64,000 nucleotides of DNA from Octopus bimaculoides (Eukaryota): the NCBI RefSeq assembly GCF_001194135.2, contig NC_068998.1:23519770-23583769 (forward strand). The letters run 5' to 3'. The position numbers and the translations under genes are program-made. The notes under the pieces were generated by a model. It was not told the DNA's origin. It saw only the letters and a list, made by a program, of their open reading frames with translations, and made no database searches. Every line of letters begins with the position of its first letter. The first letter of the stretch is position 1. Below are positions 60,557-64,000 of the stretch, piece after piece.

Positions 60557-63500
60557 TTCCTGTTTCATTATAAAAAAGAAAATACGTGTAATTTTCATTT
60601 GGCCTTTTAAATATTACACGCTACATAACTATAACTTATAACTACATAACGATAACTTATAAAATCAACAACGCAGCAGTCATTAATAACCTAGACTTCC
60701 TTCTCACAGATTGATAAATATCACGCTTTGCACACAGACGGTCATATATACAGTAGATATTGTATGTTCTCATGTGCAGTTGGATATAAAACAATATGTA
60801 GCAACACAAAGCCGCGCTCACACACAAACGTACGCACACACATAAACACACGCACACACGTATACTTATATATACACATATACATATATATGTTAATTTC
60901 AATCTCACCCCATATACATATATATATATATATATATANNNNNNNNNNNNNNNNNNNNNNNNNNNNNNNNNNNNNNNNNNNNNNNNNNNNNNNNNNNNNN
61001 NNNNNNNNNNNNNNNNNNNNNNNNNNNNNNNNNNNNNNNNNNNNNNNNNNNNNNNNNNNNNNNNNNNNNNNNNNNNNNNNNNNNNNNNNNNNNNNNNNNN
61101 NNNNNNNNNNNNNNNNNNNNNNNNNNNNNNNNNNNNNNNNNNNNNNNNNNNNNNNNNNNNNNNNNNNNNNNNNNNNNNNNNNNNNNNNNNNNNNNNNNNN
61201 NNNNNNNNNNNNNNNNNNNNNNNNNNNNNNNNNNNNNNNNNNNNNNNNNNNNNNNNNNNNNNNNNNNNNNNNNNNNNNNNNNNNNNNNNNNNNNNNNNNN
61301 NNNNNNNNNNNNNNNNNNNNNNNNNNNNNNNNNNNNNNNNNNNNNNNNNNNNNNNNNNNNNNNNNNNNNNNNNNNNNNNNNNNNNNNNNNNNNNNNNNNN
61401 NNNNNNNNNNNNNNNNNNNNNNNNNNNNNNNNNNNNTATATATATATGTATGTATATACATATATAGTTGCACAACTGACATGCCTGTACACAAAGCCAT
61501 TTAAATTTGTTTTATCATTCTATATCGTGTTTGCGGGATATTGAAATGTCATTTGGGATAGAGATCAAAGTTTTAAAAGTTGCTAGTTTTAACAATATTA
61601 ATTTCTATGTCAAATGCTTCCCTAAGGAACCACGGGAATATAATAAAAGGAACGAGCGCATTTCAATAAACTTTAAGTGCAAACGCCATACATTTTGTAA
61701 CTATGAAATTTATAACCTCAAACACTAATCCGAAATGGACAGCGATTATGTCTCCAGTGTATGATTTTAATTTTGTTACATTGTAATCATATATTCTGTT
61801 CACCAATATAGAAATTATAATTTCAGTTTCCTGTTTAGCATACTCCTACGGAAAATCGTGTATATATTTGTTTTAGACGTCTTTCTTCTTGAAACGTTTT
61901 AAATTTCACATAAGATGGTTATTTATATTTTTAATTCTTACCAAGCTTGTGAATTAAGATAGACTTCAGCACAAATACTGCCATAAACAACCTTTGATTC
62001 CATGCATACAAAGCAAGTAATATATTATATATTCTGCAATACAATCGGAAAATATGTATATTAGTATACTACGAAGTGATGGTTAGATTATTGTTTAAAT
62101 ATCATATTAAATAGTGAAGTAAATAGTAGTATACTTCAACGTATGCAAAAAGAAATCTTCGATAAATCAAAATCTGAGTTGAGGACAGGTTTACTGCTTT
62201 TGATAACTTATCGAGTAATCCAAGCAAAAGTAAGAACGACTACTCAAAATCAGCGTGAAATCCAACAGAACTACAATAAAAATAATTGGAGATCGTTAAA
62301 AATAATGATATTCAAATTTAAAATTATATTAGAAGAAACACTTATATTGCAGATATAATATTTCCGATGACCGGTCTTGTTACTCTGCACCCGATATGCA
62401 AGCTGATTTTTGAAAAATATGTCTGAGCAAACGTTTGTCGTCATTATAGCAGAAATAGTACATCTAAACTGATGATTCAAATACATGTTAAAGAATACGA
62501 AACCGTGTTTGAATACTTAGTAGGCTGGGTTTCACATACCCCAGGAATAATGAGTAACCTGATTTTTTTTTTAAAAGGGTGATTTTGCATTGAATTACTA
62601 AAGGACCATTATAAATACAGAAAATTAAATTAAAATAATGAGACGTCTAGAAAAGGGCCAACTCCAATTGCACACTAATATGTGAATATTAAATTAATGG
62701 GTCATGTTTATCATTGTAATATATAGACAAACATCCAAACAGAGACTAAGAGAGATAAATCTACTTGCAGGTAGAAGCATATGTAATTTACTCACTAGTA
62801 TCATCTCATTTTATGTAAAAGTAATCTTGAGGTATATAATCGCAATAAAATGATACCTGACAATTGCTGAAAATGAAGGTATTTCATGAAAGTTTAAGAA
62901 TATATGTTTCTAACTCTAGCGGATCAATTTGCGTCATTTAGTTTTGTACTTCAATCAGTACCTATATCATTAATCAATACAGATAATAGAGCATTTCAAA
63001 GCGACACAGAAAATACATTATGTAATGTGATATGAACTATATATTCACATATAATATTAATAGTCATTTATTGACAGTAATTTAAGAACAGTTAGCATCA
63101 CAGAATTTGATATCCGTGATATAAGACTCATGTTGTAGTAAATGTTGGACGCGGATTCTAAATATGACATCAGTTTATCTCCATAAGCTCTGGTTTTGTT
63201 ATACACGAAAGGGCATGGATTCATAACTACAAATTGTTATTGCTGCTTTTTGGATAAAAAAATAATTTTTTCCTACAAGAAAATATATTTATTTACGATA
63301 AAGTAAATAACGTCCGTGGAATCGGATAGGGATGAAACAAGAGAAAAATGTTATCCTTGCGTTTCAGAGATTTCTTGAAGATAGTTGCCCAAGATCAATC
63401 ACTTTTAATGGTCAACTAATTTTTCAGCTATACATATCACATACCGTTATTTCCGAATTATTTCTTAAATATATATCACAAGTCTCGATTAAATCATTCC

Positions 63501-63952
63501 CAGCTATTCGCCACTAGGGTCAATAGCGTTGTCTTGGGAACGATACAAGTGGAACTAGATGTAATCCACCTTGAATGTTTGTATTAACACCAAACTGACG
63601 GAAAGAACAGATGTGGTTATTATATTTGTCGTACAGCACAGTACTATCAATCAAATCTCTAGATATGTTCTGCAAAACATTCTGGAAATCAAAAGACACA
63701 AGGATAACAAACTAGGAACACGCACACACATACGCTCAACATATATCCGTAACAACTCATTATTTGAGTGAATACATCAGATTTTCTCCCACTATAAATA
63801 TATGAACATAGAGATATATATGTTTACACATACGTAAATATATGTGCATATACATACAAACACAGTCATTCAAACACGCACACATATGCACACACACAGT
63901 ATATACACTAAGAATGAGATCGGTGATATACATATATATAGATATAGATATG

Positions 63953-63988
<36 letters not shown>

Positions 63989-64000
63989 CTATATATATAT

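Noticed and set aside
2277-61504. Long ORFs rich in X, YI, HT, CV, RE, poly-I/N/T/V/A
   Set aside because: They are translations of microsatellites and N-gaps, not genes.
1-64000. CRISPR arrays, rRNA, bona fide tRNA/snRNA genes, known conserved miRNAs, prokaryotic operons
   Set aside because: None seen. tRNA-like A/B boxes occur only as SINE heads, and no regularly spaced repeat-spacer array is present.

Overview
AT-rich, microsatellite-dense eukaryotic (animal) DNA from a gapped draft assembly, with 13 N-runs, most flanked by simple repeats. The SINE families look to me like coleoid cephalopod (Octopus) repeats; that is an inference from recall, not a search. No host protein-coding gene can be confidently identified. 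Nearly all ORFs in the track are microsatellite, gap or decayed-transposon artefacts. Recognisable coding relics: RLE-type (R4/Dong-like) LINEs at 1-1345 and 47590-49395; RTE-type LINE pieces at 3000-3400, 6200-6395 and probably 45650-46280; several Penelope-like (GIY-YIG) retroelement relics; three Tc1/mariner relics; and a pogo/Tigger relic. There are also many tRNA-head SINEs of two families and a Helentron-like non-autonomous element. The most interesting signal is a recurring set of hammerhead-ribozyme (HHR) motifs at Penelope 3' ends and in short non-coding repeats. One is a nearly complete minimal type I HHR (36931-37015, minus). Several have long, variable stem II insertions, and a ~240-bp foldback (22451-22694) sits inside an HHR-like frame. 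Weaker candidates are a 107-aa CpG-rich ORF with a strong splice donor (40788-41111), a few isolated exon-like segments, and a CCAAT/CRE/TATA-like cluster (51766-51893).
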